Assembly: GCA_950097015.1 (NCBI GenBank)
Contig: CATNEN010000024.1
Coordinates: forward strand, 3,844,001 to 3,908,000
Source of the DNA: Macrostomum hystrix
Taxonomy: Eukaryota; Animalia; Platyhelminthes
DNA: 64,000 nt
Reading direction: 5' to 3'
A model generated the notes under the pieces. That model saw nothing but the letters and a program-made list of their open reading frames with translations, was not told the origin of the DNA and ran no database searches. Positions 34,958 through 51,952 of the stretch are shown here, piece by piece (position 1 is the stretch's first letter; each line of letters begins with the position of its first letter). A program made the position numbers and the translations under genes.

Positions 34958-35527
34958 CTACATTTCTCCGCACTGGGCAATGAGCACCTGAACTTTGGGC
35001 TTGTTGTTAGCCCCAATAGGTACATTCTCAATCTTTCTAAGCACAAGTTGACCATCAACCAGCTGGCCAAATACCACGTGCTTTTTGTCAAGAAAGTCGC
35101 AGGCGTCGCAGGTAATAAAAAACTGGCAGCCGTTGCTGTCCCGGCCAGAATTAGCCATAGACAGCATGCCGGCGCAGGAATGTGCGCAGCTGAAATTCTC
35201 GTCGGCGAAAGCGCCGCCGTAGATGCTGCAGACCCCGGTGCCGTCGCCATTGATGAAGTCGCCGCCTTGCACCATGAAGCCTTTGATGACGCGATGAAAT
35301 GCCGAGCCTTTGTAGCCCAGGGGGACGCCATCTTTGCAGAACTCGCCGGTGCAGAATTGGCGAAAATTTTCAGCCGTCTTCGGCACTACATCGGCAAAGA
35401 GTTCAAACTGCATGCGACCAATCTCTTGGCCACCGACTGTGATGTCAAAGAACACAACAGGATTCTTCGGATTGTTCATGCGCTCCGCCACAGCGGGCAG
35501 CGGAAAGTCGCTGCCGGAACCGGACAT
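34958..35527 (-). CDS. PPIH: Peptidyl-prolyl cis-trans isomerase H (cyclophilin H, U4/U6 snRNP), 189 aa, intronless CDS
   Basis: [68 protein letters not shown]...QCGEM is the PPIH signature. ATG at 35527. Confidence 0.95.
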   Translation of the reverse strand: MSGSGSDFPLPAVAERMNNPKNPVVFFDITVGGQEIGRMQFELFADVVPKTAENFRQFCTGEFCKDGVPLGYKGSAFHRVIKGFMVQGGDFINGDGTGVCSIYGGAFADENFSCAHSCAGMLSMANSGRDSNGCQFFITCDACDFLDKKHVVFGQLVDGQLVLRKIENVPIGANNKPKVQVLIAQCGEM

Positions 35528-35654
35528 GGCAGCTGCTGGCAGGGGAAATTTAGGAGCAAATTTTACGGAATCACTATAGTATTCACAAAATTTCACTATT
35601 GCTAATTACATCATAGAGGCTGAAGGAGGGGACTATTTCGGAGCCGTTGATGAA

Positions 35655-36290
35655 TTGGAGAGGATAATGGCAGAGCCATGGAAGGATAATGGCAGAGCCG
35701 CTGAAGGATATTGGCAGAGCCGCTGAAGGATATTGGCAGAGCCGCTGAAGGATATTGGCAGAGCCGCTGAAGGATAATGGCAGAGCCGCTGAAGGATATT
35801 GGCAGAGCCGCTGAAGGATAATGGCAGAGCCAAGGAAGGATATTGGCAGAGCCGCTGAAGGATAATGGCAGAGCCATGGAAGGATATTGGCAGAGCCGCT
35901 GAAGGATAATGGCAGAGCCGCTGAAGGATAATGGCAGAGTCGCTGAAGGACATTGGCAGAGCCATGGAAGGATATTGGCAGAGCCGCTGAAAGATAATGG
36001 CAGAGCCATGGAAGGATAATGGCAGAGCCGCTGAAGGATAATGGCAGAGCCGCTGAAGGATAATGGCAGAGCCGCTGAAGGATAATGGCAGAGCCATGGA
36101 AGGATATTGGCAGAGCCGCTGAAGGATAATGGCAGAGCCGCTGAAGGATAATGGCAGAGCCGCTGAAGGATAATGGCAGAGCTGCTGAAGTATATTGGCA
36201 GAGCCGCTGAAGGATAATGGCAGAGCCATGGAAGGATATTGGCAGAGCCGCTGAAGGATATTGGCAGAGCCATGGAAGGATATTGGCAGT
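35655..36290. repeat. 22-bp minisatellite (GAAGGATAATGGCAGAGCCGCT), about 28 copies
   Basis: Direct reading. Confidence 0.95.
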
Positions 36291-36909
36291 CTAATGGCAC
36301 AGCCGCTATAACGGATATTGGCACAGCCATTATAATGGACTGGGGTGATAATTGCAGAGCCGCTGAAGGACTGGAGAAAAAAGCGAAAAGAATAAAAATG
36401 TTCACCAGAAAACATGGGATAAATATACTTGGCTTACAAGTGGGATCAATAATGTGCGAAAATGCGAGTTGATTACAATTATTTAAGCAAAAAAATAAAC
36501 TACGAGCTTACTAATTTAATATCGATTATTTATTGACAACAAAAGCCGACCGAACATTCTAATTTGGATCGACTGCTGAACAGATACTTTTTGATCAAGT
36601 TGAATACGAGTAAAATAAACAACCATGGTGTAGATTGCAAATTGAACACACTAAGGACAGTAAAAGCGAAAATGCATTGAATACATGTAACGCAGCAAAT
36701 GCCATAAAATGGTTACAAAATTATTTTCACATGCATTTTAAGCCCCCTGTAAATACACCAATAATAGATGCAGCTGTATTAAGAGTACATAAACATCAAG
36801 CCGCCACACAAAAAGAACCATTGCTTGAACACTTTGAACAAACAAAGTTTAAAAATAAAAAAACATGCATTTTTGTGGAGTCAGTGCTCAGAACTTCAGT
36901 TCAAACGCC

Positions 36910-38206
<1,297 letters not shown>

Positions 38207-38745
38207 TCAGAAAATATTAATAATGAATCATGCCAATGAACTCACTGGCACGAATTTGTTCATCTATCCTCACCAATAATCACCGAAGGCTCTAAAATGA
38301 TTAATAACAGAACGGTGCGCAGATTGCAAGCCGAGACGATTAACACGCGTTGTGGTATTTATTTTTTATAGAAAAATAGACCGGGACACGATATGGGCGA
38401 CACCAGGTAAGTCGGGATTTTTTTAGTCACTGCTGATCACTTTTTAGTGACTAATATGAATAAAAAGTAAAAAATAGTTTTGTTTACTACTCAAATACGA
38501 GTAGTATTAGTAAACAGTAATAATTGCTTGAGGAGACGTTAGCCCGATTAGAAAAATGCGTATATCATGATCATTACTACTATTTAGGTTATAAAAATAG
38601 TTTGGGTTCAGGTAGGCGGGCGGGTGGCTCAGGGCAGCGGCACAACACAGAAGACTGGCCAAAAGTTCATCATTCATGCGATAACTAAGTCTGGCCAGAT
38701 GTCAAGCTTCGGCACCAAGCTGGAAGCCCTGACATTGCTAATGCC

Positions 38746-41922
<3,177 letters not shown>

Positions 41923-42623
41923 TCATGCCGATTTCGATTTCGATTTCGAAGTTCGATTTCGGCTCGTTTATAGCTATCCACGAAAGATATTGCGAGTTTA
42001 TGTGCACTTATTCGGAACAGAATATAAGAAAACAGTCAACAAGACTTGTATAATAATTGTACAAGAATAATTATTCCAAATAGTTATTTAGGTGTTTTCA
42101 TAAATATATATTCCAGCATTTAGGAGAAAGTACAAAGTAATGAATGAATCGATGCTGTAATCAAACATGTTTACATAGTTCGAGCTTATTCTCAATAAGT
42201 GACTACTACGAGTAATCAGGAATGAGATGGGATGTTAGGAAGTAGGATCTAAGCTGTTTTATATCGTAAGTAATCCAAGTGGCATTCCTAAATACCTGCC
42301 TATAGTTGCGTATCTAAATACTAGATAACTATGAGTAATATGAAATGGAAATTGAGACTCTGAATGGAAACGGAATTTAATAATTCGCCGCAGGTCTATA
42401 AATATTCATTATTTAGTAAACTAGTTTTTACACAATTAACTATCTTTACAGCGAAAAATCATAAAATATTCAATGAAACTCTTTACCTAAAAATAAACTT
42501 TAGTAAAAATTTATAATCCACTGCTCTAGGCACGGTCCTCTTCCCGATGTTTGTTTAGTCTAGTCGGCCACTTAGCCAAAATGAACGGTGGAATTCAAGT
42601 AAAATTTGTCAAACAATCGCAAT

Positions 42624-44272
42624 CTACTCCACATCGGCCAGCGGCTTGTAATTCTTCAGCTCCGGATAGTGACTGGCCTCAGACTCCAGATGCCGCTTGG
42701 TCTCCTCCATCTGGCTCTGTAGTCGGGGCGGCATCCGGGCCCAGACGTCGCTGAACATCTCCAACGGATTTGGCTTCGGTCGTTTCTCAGCCTGGGCAAA
42801 TTTCTGCAGCACACGCTTCCTAATAGCCTGCTTCGCTGCCGTCTCCTGCTCATCATTCCACCAGCCTCGTTTGGTGAGAAATTTGCGCATTCGCAGTATG
42901 GGATTATCCTCGCGATCCCAGAAGCTCAGCTCGTCGATGGAACTGTTTAGGAAAATGCAGTGGGAAAAAGCACCTATGATTATAGCTGAACTGTAAATAA
43001 CTATAAACTTATTTGTGGGTACACACAATGTATAATTATAATACTCGAAGTGGGCTGTGGGTACTGAAGGGCATTGGCGACAGTCTACCCGAAGCCAGCG
43101 AGGAAACAATTCTGCCCCGTTTGGCTGTCCTATGTGTACATTGGAACAAGTAAGTAATGACTAGATGACGAGGCATTAACTGATACACTCAGAGGTACAT
43201 GGATACTAGAGGTTTACCCCAAACTTTATCTATATTTTATATATAAATTAAGCACGCACCGATATGCTGAGCTATCATCAGAGGTGCTGTGATGCCCCAG
43301 TCGGTAGGTCATCATCTCAATCAGGGTGGGTCGCATCTCGGACAAACACAACTGTCTAGCGCGTTGCGTGACTTCAAACAGAGCAAAAACATCGTTGCCA
43401 TCGACTCGGACTGTCGGTATGCCAAAAGCCGGCCCCCGAATGGCGATACCATCACCGCGGTACTGATCTGATGTTGGCGTAGATATAGCGTAGCCATTGT
43501 TGCGACAGACAAACATCACCGGACAGTCCAAGGTGGCGGCAAAATTCAAAGCGGCATGAGCGTCGCCCTCCGAAGCGGAGCCATCGCCAAAGTAGCAGAC
43601 AACGCACAGGCCGTTTTGCATTCGTTTGAAAGCGTAGGCGGCGCCGCTAGCCTGAGGCATTTGGGTAGCTAATGGCGAAGACACTGTCACAAAACTGTGA
43701 TCCTTGCTGCCATAATGTACAGGCATCTGGCGGCCACGATTTATGTCGTTATCGTTTGAGTAGCACTGGTCCATGAATTTTTCTAGCTCCATGCCGCGTT
43801 GCATTAGAACGCCAGACTCGCGATACTGGCAGAATACTAGGTCGTTCGGATTAAGCGCGGCGGCGTGGGCCACAATGCCCTCCTCGCCAAAACTAGTCAT
43901 ATAGAAACTGATGCGCCCCTGGCGCTGCGAGTCGTAAAGAATCTTGTCCATTGTGTTCAACTGAAGCATGTTGTCGTAGACTTTTAAACAGAGTTCCTTG
44001 TCTTTAGCTAGGGTCGGTTCCGGCGCGCCTTGGACAAGATCGCCACGCCGATTGACCAGCCGAAATACTGGGATGCCTTCGAAGTTTTCCGGATGAATGA
44101 AGTCCAGCTGGGCGGTAAAGCTGGATCTCGAGCCAGGAAACATTGGCTTTTCATCGTCTGGTGAGGTACTGGCAGCTAAAGGTGGCGGATTTGAAAGAAG
44201 TTGTCGAGTGCTGGCCAGGCTAGGGAGCCGGCGCAGCAGACTCTGCTGCAGGCGACAGGCAAAAGTTAAAGC
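42624..44272 (-). CDS. BCKDHA: Branched-chain 2-oxo acid dehydrogenase E1 alpha; exons 44272-43260 and 42942-42624 (443 codons, no in-frame ATG at the 5' end)
   Basis: [29 protein letters not shown], ThDP motif [18 protein letters not shown], and phospho-loop [12 protein letters not shown]. Arg/Leu/Ser-rich transit peptide at the N-terminus. Confidence 0.95.
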
Positions 44273-45349
44273 CTGCAAAAAAAATTGGCATGAGCTTGAG
44301 CTTTCTATTTTGCCTCCCTAAACTCCAAACATATCCTAGCAGACAATGTTTGTCATTGTCTAGATTCTTGGATATTTGCATTTTTAAATAATAAAACTAT
44401 CGCTGATCCATCTTTCTAACAGAAGCTAAAATAAAACACTAAAACTAAAAACAAATAAAGCAGTTATAAAACGCCACTAAATTAAACTGAATAAATTTTG
44501 TTTTAATTTTGTTAGACAACAATTAACTGTCTTATATACAACACTTCAACTACATTAAATAGAATTGTAAGTTGAATAACACATTGTATTATATTAAATT
44601 TCTTTTCATTAAATGTTTTAATAAAAGCTCTGTTTGATTAACAACATACACAATTAGTAATGCATTATCTCACCAGACTATCCTATGCATTGATTGCTAT
44701 TCTCATTTCATCCTTTTTTATATATCACTGCTGCTTGTAATTTCTTTAGTATGCATGCATCTTGGTCAAGTGTATATATGTTTTCCAGATATTAATGTAT
44801 CCAGTGCTCAACTATTTCACAATACTGATTAAGACTCACATATGACACTTAAAAACTGTGTTAATTTAATATTTAATATTTAATAATTGAATTTAACAAT
44901 TCACTATTACCTTTGTCCTAGTGCAAAAACAAAAAAATTATAATGTAGTTTACTATTCTATTCTATGAGTATTTCCAGAGGCCATTGTAGAACATTGATC
45001 TTTTATTTTCTGTGTGCACAGCAGTAGCAAAAAAGGCAAACGTAGGGTAAGCCTAGGTTAAAAGGGTAACCAACCTAGAGCTTTAAATGAGTCTGTAGAG
45101 GATATGCCTTGTGCTGTCACTTTTGCACAACTTCATGCTTGTAATGTCCAGTGGATTGCATATTGGCCATGCAATCCACTGGACATTTGCATCATTCTTC
45201 ACCTACTAATTATTTCAGGCAGCATTGTTCATACATAAGACAAGTAATTGATATACTGGACAATCAATAAATGTGATTAATAACTTAATAACTTAATAGC
45301 TTAACTTAATAACTTAATAACTAAATTAATCCATCTGGACCCCTGGAAA

Positions 45350-45460
45350 CAGGCACCTCACACACAGCAGCAAGCCAAGCAGGGAAGGGGGTGGCAGCTG
45401 GAGTGCCACTTACCTCAGGCCCACACACGCACAGAGCAGACCAAACCAGGGGAGGACTTA
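45350..45460 (+). repeat. Interspersed repeat, also present at about 62175-62285
   Basis: Shared blocks GCACC..CACACAGCAGCA..CCAGGGA and CCCACACGCACAGAGCAGACCAA(A/G)CC(A/G)GGG. Confidence 0.5.
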
Positions 45461-46787
45461 GATGCCTGGGTAGGGACGAGAGGACCAAGCCACGCGCGCA
45501 GACAACTGGTGAAACCTCACCACTCAGAGCATGCATGGCTGGTGCACACCTGCCCCACCCAAGCCCCAAACAAGCAGGCATGCCGAAGGCAAGGGTTAAG
45601 CTATTTTAAATTAGCTTTGGTTGCACATAATAAGGTGCATCTCCGCAAGTCACTATTTCGTAGACCCCCAACTAAGCCCAGAAATAATCGTGACTTGGAG
45701 AGAGAAACGAACCAGCAAACATTGGAAAGTGAGGCAGCGACATTAGCCACTGACCCACTTACCCCCTTCTGATAGACCACAGTTGGTGCATTGACAGACC
45801 ACAGTCAAAGCACGGATAGCGCAGTTTGTCCCCTTAAAATTTCTTTCTGGACAGACTATGCCACTTTCATGGTATGCTAATTTGTTAGGTTTACAACTTT
45901 GGGATAATTGCATGGTTATTTGTCAGCATACAAAAGCATTTTCTTGGCATACCTAGCACACAAATGGATTGATCCAGACTAGCTATAGATTGTTGCTTAC
46001 TGATTTTGACCCAATGCACGTGTTTCTGCATGGCATTCTAGCATACACTAGTGTGCAATTTGAAAAACTTTCTAAGTTTGGTGTGCAAAACTAATTTTCC
46101 CTATTTTCTTTTAATTATGCACTAACCTGTTATAGACTATGGGTATGCTTTAGTGTTATACTGTTGGGCAAATTATTTGAAAAACAGTAGCTTACATTAC
46201 TGTAGCTTTAGTCACTGCTTTTTTAATAGCTTACATGGGACTGGTAACTCTCTATTAAAACATAGTAAGTAACCTTACTTCTGCTACTCATGATTTTCAC
46301 AGGTGCCTAGGAAAAATGCTAATTATTGCAAAACTTAGTGAATAATATTGCAAGTCTGTCATAAACTGAAATTTGAGTAACTCTATTACATTTAACAAAT
46401 GGCCATTTCTGATAATAATAAATAAAACTGAAATTTTAAAACTTTAAAGGCAAAGCACATTTTTAATAAAACATAACAACTTAACAAGTATTGTCGGGCT
46501 TAATATATAAGCATAAGACAAGCAGTTATGCAAGCTTTAGTTAGTTAATACAATAGGTTAGTTGAATGGATATACAAGTTTTTTTTTGTTTTTATTACAA
46601 ATATATATTGCCAACATAAACTTTTCTATACAGTAAATCTATGCATCAAAAATCTAACTTCAATTAACTTTCCTACTTTTCTTTAGTATAGAAAAAATGC
46701 AAATTATTTGACAACAACAAATGGACTCTAACTTTTACAATTCCTATATTTTTTCCTCAATCTTGAATCTACAGATGTTAAATATAG

Positions 46788-47355
46788 TCCATAGTCCGGA
46801 TCATGTCGTTTACGCCGGAGATCTCCGGCGTAAATCTGGTTTGGGATCGGAGGCTGGCGTAAGTGCTTGGCGTAAGTATAGGCCAAAATGTGCCTTGGCG
46901 TAAGTGCTTGGCGTAAGTACATGGCATAAATCAAGTGGCGTAAATGTTAGCACAAATGAGATCATTCACGATCAAATGTATCACTATAGAACATAACACA
47001 TTTGCGTTAATTATGATGTTTGCGTTAATTAGGAGCAGCATTAAAACAAAGTTCATTAAAATATTGCAGTTCGTATAAATGAGATATCAGAATATCTATT
47101 GTAGGATAGCAAAAGTTTTTTTAGCTTTAAGATGCTTACTTTGATACTTGATTCAGAATTTGCAACTTGTAAGATTTTTAAACAGTTGCAACTTCTGAAT
47201 TTAATTAATCACCGATTAACATGATTTGTGAAGGATTTTTTTTTGGGTGGCGTAAGTCAGAGGGACCTTTTTTTGGTTGGCTCAAGTCTGGCGTAAGTGC
47301 CAAAAAATGTTGGATTTTTCCTCCGGCGTAAGTCCTGCATGATCCGGACTATGGA
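46788..47355. mobile_element. MITE with TIRs TCCATAGTCCGGATCATG..TTACGCCGGAG and internal GGCGTAAG repeats
   Basis: 17-bp perfect terminal inverted repeat, extended imperfectly; TATA on both outer sides. Confidence 0.75.
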
Positions 47356-49416
47356 ATATAGTATATATATGAAGTGCAATACAATCTTAACTTTTGTATT
47401 ACACTTCTAATTGTTCATTTTCCATTGTCCTTTGTGCAGGGTTAGGGTCTTATGCTAGGATCATACATGCGCAACCTTAGCCGGCCAAGCGACTAAGTTT
47501 TTGCTCTATTTACAACTTAGTTTGCTCTCATTTGCTCTCTTTTTCTCTCCCCTTTTTTCTTTTCTTCATGTCTTCCTTTTTTGTCCCTTGGTCCCCCCTT
47601 TGACTTTTTTGCACTTGGTTGATTGGTTTTTGTGACTTACCTTGCTTGGCCCTTGTTTTACCTGGTTTGGCCGGGTTGGCCGGGTGTTGCAAATGTATGG
47701 CTAGGATTAGGGGACACAGACAGTGCACAGACAGCACACAGATGGTGCACATTTCTTGTCAAAAAACTATTATGGTGGACATTGTGCCACTTTACTGACT
47801 TATGGCTCCTATGCATGTACTCCTATGGTATCAGGTGTGTTTGATGTCAGTAGGCCCCTAAAACTGATTGGCTAAAGTTATATACATTGCATTAACATTT
47901 GTAAGCTACTAAGTAATGGGGATGCCCAACACTGGCTATAGAAACAAAAATTAAATTATACCAAGGCAAAATATATTTTAAATATAAGTTGCAAATTGTG
48001 CTTTACATAGCTTTTTATAAAAGTTGAAAACCTAAAACATTAAAGTGCTAAATTATACTAATTATTTTTAGGTCTAAATTAGCTAATTAAATACCATACC
48101 TAGCTGTACTAGGCTTCTACTATAGCATCTAACTCATATAAGGCATTCTGTTGTATCAACAAACATAGAAAAGTTATAAAAATGGTAGTTGTTATTTGTC
48201 CGGTTAACCGGTTAACCGGACAAATAACAACTGCCTATAAAAATAGCATATTACCATAACCATAAGGCATAACATGGTTATTTATAATACTACAAAAATT
48301 AAAAAATACGAGCTACACAGTAACAAGTCGTCAATAGCGATTATGACCGACAAATAGTCGGACATCTTACAAGCAGACAACTAAAACAAGGAACAGGGAA
48401 CAAAAATGGCGGCCAAAGTCGCGGGTGGCGACGACAGCGCGTTGAGCTTGACGAGTAACGTTTTGAAATTTAGGCTTTAGTTTTGCCTACTTTAACAAAG
48501 CGTTTTCTTCTTATCGTCGATTAATTATATGTTTAACTTACATTGGCGTATCGAAGAAACAGCAGGATTCTAATTGCAGAATTTTTTAAAATAAGGATTG
48601 CGTATGCGTCTACATCGTGGTTTGACTCATTGGAAGTCAGTGGCCAAGTGTAGCCACTGTCCCGATAGTCGGGCATTTTTCTACATATATAGTTCACTCT
48701 AAGTAATCTTTTTTTCAAGGCGGTAGAGACCTCATCTATAAATATCAGGTAGAGAAGTTTGAGAAGACGCTCTTCCTTATGTCAACTCAATTCTGCAATT
48801 TTCAGACTGCAAGTACATGTAAATAACGTCAACACTCAAACAATACTCGTAATCATAAGATGATTTGAATTGTGCTAGCTTGGTCTAGCAATACAAAATT
48901 CTTGCCTGAAAATGTTCATCTCGTTAACTGTTAAGTGTAAATTATGCTGATATAATGCGAGTTACACCATAAATTATTAATTCATAATCTATAGTTGAAT
49001 GCTAAATAAATAGTGAGTGTTTTAAGAAGATCATTCGGTCGAATAATGCGTCAGTTGTACTAAATTAAAAAGTCATTTGTGGAGGTGAACAGCTCTCGCA
49101 TAAAAGAAATTGATTTACGACGATGCTGAAAATGTAAATCTACAGTTTGAACAACAGAATAGCATAGAATACAATATTACTAGCTTTTTTTGCCCGTTGT
49201 TTTTGGGGCAGAAATTTAAAGCAAAGCAGTAAGCAATTCACGTCTCTGTATTAACTTTATAGTGAAGGTCACCATTTATTTATTTACTGCATTAATGAAA
49301 AGTGAAGAGTTTGTTTAAGGGCGTTTTAAGTAAAAAATAAGTGAAAAGTTTGTCCAAACAGCCCCCTCTTGATTACTTCTTTAGAAACATGTCTCTTAGC
49401 CACTCCTCTATACAGT

Positions 49417-49655
49417 CAGTGGCAGATCCAGGAATTTTGTTTTGGGGCGGTCTGTCAGGGGAGCGCCATGAGAATCACAGAGGGGGTGCCAGCGGCCGAA
49501 AAAGGGCGCCAGGAGCCAAGAAAGGGCGCCAGCGGCTGAAAAACGGGAGCCAGCGGCTGAAAAAGGTGCGCCAGCGGCTGGTGGGGGCATCTTATTCCCA
49601 TGATTAAAATTTAGGGGGGCGACTGCCCCCCCGCCCCCCCCTAAATCTGCCTCTG
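49417..49655. mobile_element. hAT-type MITE (239 bp) nested in the Helitron
   Basis: TIRs CAGTGGCAGATCCA / (rc) CAGAGGCAGATTTA; exact 8-bp TSD TATACAGT at 49409-49416 and 49656-49663. Confidence 0.9.
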
Positions 49656-49807
49656 TATACAGTATGCATGTACACGCGTATACATAAGGAAAATAGCCAT
49701 GGCATAACAATAACAATGTCAAAGAAACAAAATTAAACTGTTTCAGAGTTCAGAGTTAGACAGGTCAAGGTCAATTCGTGACTACTTTTCTATTAATTGC
49801 TTGCGAG

Positions 49808-50760
49808 TCAACTCAAGGCCTGGGGATACACCACATTCTTCGTTCTTCCCCTTGGTGCGAAAATGAATAGGCCAGCTGGAGTTCCAACACGGGAGCAGGC
49901 GACATAAAGCTGCCCATGCGAGAAGCAAGGAGTCTCCAGGTTGATGCCAGCCACCTTCAGCGACTGTCCCTGAGCCTTGTTAATAGTCATCGCAAAGCAC
50001 ACTCTCACAGGGAACTGCAGTCGCTTGAACTGAAATGGCAGGTCCGTGGGGATAATTGGAATCCGGGGAATGAACACAGACTCTCCTCTGCCAGATCCAG
50101 TCATTATCGTGGCCTCAATCACGTGTGGGAAGAGCCGCCTGACTATCAGTCGGGTGCCGTTACACAGCCTTGGCGCATTCAGGTTGCGGAGGAGCATAAT
50201 TGGTGCCCCAACTTTCAGCTGCAAGTTGTGCGATGGAGTTCCAGGAGGATCTAGAGAGTTCAGAAACTCAACAGGATACTCCACAGCGGTGTCATCAGTC
50301 AACGTTGTATCAATTGACTTGTAGGTGAAAACTGCACCTGGCAACTCCTGAAGCAGTTGGTAGTTAATTTCGTTGGCGGCATCATTTCTAGGACACAGAA
50401 TTGCCCTCTCTGACAGCCAGTCAACGTCAGCATATCGAACCATCAGGTTCGGGTAAACTTTTGCCTTGAGCTCCTGCACTGACTGCACAATGGTTCCGAT
50501 TGTAGCGATCGATGACTGCCCATCCTCGGTGCTAATCTCCAGCAGACCATTGCCGATTCGCAATAGATTGGCAGAGAACTCATGAGCTGTTTCGTCTCCT
50601 TGAATTGTAGCTCTCATGTTTGTTCGTAGGTGCAACTTCACAACCGATGGCCACAGGTGAGATGATTTTAGGCAAGCATTAATCTCATCAGCAGGAGTGC
50701 CACGCGGAATCACAGGCAGCGTCTGTCTAAAGTCTCCAGACAGCAGCAGAGTGACACCAC
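49808..50760 (-). pseudogene. Helitron PIF1-like helicase C-terminal fragment
   Basis: MGGVTLLLSGDFRQTLPVIPRGT..RAILCPRN..LKVGAPIMLLRNLN..LCNGTRL..RLQFPVRVCFAMTINKAQGQSL..FSHGQLYVACSRV. Lacks Walker A/B and the Rep domain. Confidence 0.9.
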
Positions 50761-51366
50761 CCATCAGTTGATCGCCAGCCTCTCTCTTTCTTCTATCCCA
50801 GGCTGGCTGGAGAGAAATATAGACCGGAGAGCCCTGCGCACTGGGACGCCACCGCACTCACCGCACTCAGTCTCAGTGCTGCTTGGGGGCCAGTAGACAG
50901 TCTAGGGGTTTGGGCTGTGTACATTCACGTCTTAAAATACAATGTACAGTCTGGGGCTTCGGCGCCCGGGGAAGGGAGGGGGTGGCTGTAATAAAATTTG
51001 GCCCGCAGAGTGGCGGAGGGGAGTTGGGGTGGCTGTCCTCGGAAAACAAAAAGTGACTCACTTTGAGATGATGCAGCTTTGCTCTGGATTGAGTAGAGAT
51101 GTTCAAAATTGACAGCATTGTTGGAAAACATGTAAAGTGTAAGTGGATCAAATTTGGAGAAAATCTGACAAAGTGGGGCGACGATATGTCGAATTGAGTG
51201 ATTTTTTGACGATTTTTGAGCAGTTTTTTGCACTTTTGAGCAGGAAGGAAATGATTTTTCGGGAATTTGAGTAGCCTATTGCACTCAGCGTAGGTGGTTT
51301 TAGGTATGTGCAAAGTTTGGTGCGATTTGGTTGAGCGGTTTCGGCGTCTATAAAGACAAAAGGTTG

Positions 51367-51398
<32 letters not shown>

Positions 51399-51952
51399 GA
51401 CAGACAGACAGAGTTTTCACTTTTATATATATAGATATGCTTTAAACGCAATATATTTGACGCTGACTGCGAAGGGTAAATAAACGTTATCAATATTGAG
51501 GAATACTGCATAATCACAAAATCGACACGCAAAAAGGCAATGCTACGTAAAAGTATGTTTTAAAATAGCTTCTATGCTCAAAGAAAACCCCATTTAGATT
51601 TACTTCAATCTAACCTCAATATATACAAAAATTGGACGATAATACGCAAGCTCGTATCGTGACAGCTACCAGAGTTGGTTACGGTAAAATTAAATAATAA
51701 TAAAATAATAATAAAATTAAATTTATTTTTAATGCCCGAATGTAACGAAGCAACACATAAATTTTACAAACTTGTGTTATATGTACTATATGTAAGTATC
51801 TAGCTTTCATAAGACACGGAAGAACTCTTTGAAATTTAGCCCAAATTTAGTATATATATATAAATAAATATATAAAAACACTATATATAAAACACTTAAT
51901 GTTTAAATAACTTTTCGATTCCTCGCTTAGCGTCTATAGCCTGCTGAGTTAA

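Larger units (their letters stand above)
49180..51435 (-). mobile_element. Internally deleted Helitron (about 2.26 kb) carrying the C-terminal part of the RepHel PIF1 helicase
   Basis: 5' end A|TCTATATATATAAAAG..(CTGT)n(GT)n..AACCGCTCAACCAAATCGC at 51435; 3' end GCCC..GGGC hairpin, then CTAG|T at 49180; helicase ORF inside. Confidence 0.85.

Noticed and set aside
35048-35605. 185-aa plus-strand ORF, and similar short antisense ORFs over PCNA, BCKDHA and TDRD12
   Set aside because: Antisense shadows of GC-rich coding exons.
48255-48275. ATG|GTAAT as a possible micro-exon start for BCKDHA
   Set aside because: Weak donor in AT-rich DNA 4 kb upstream with no supporting context; it cannot be excluded without cDNA.
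50873-51532. 219-aa minus-strand ORF
   Set aside because: Spans the non-coding Helitron 5' end and its microsatellite; no domain similarity.
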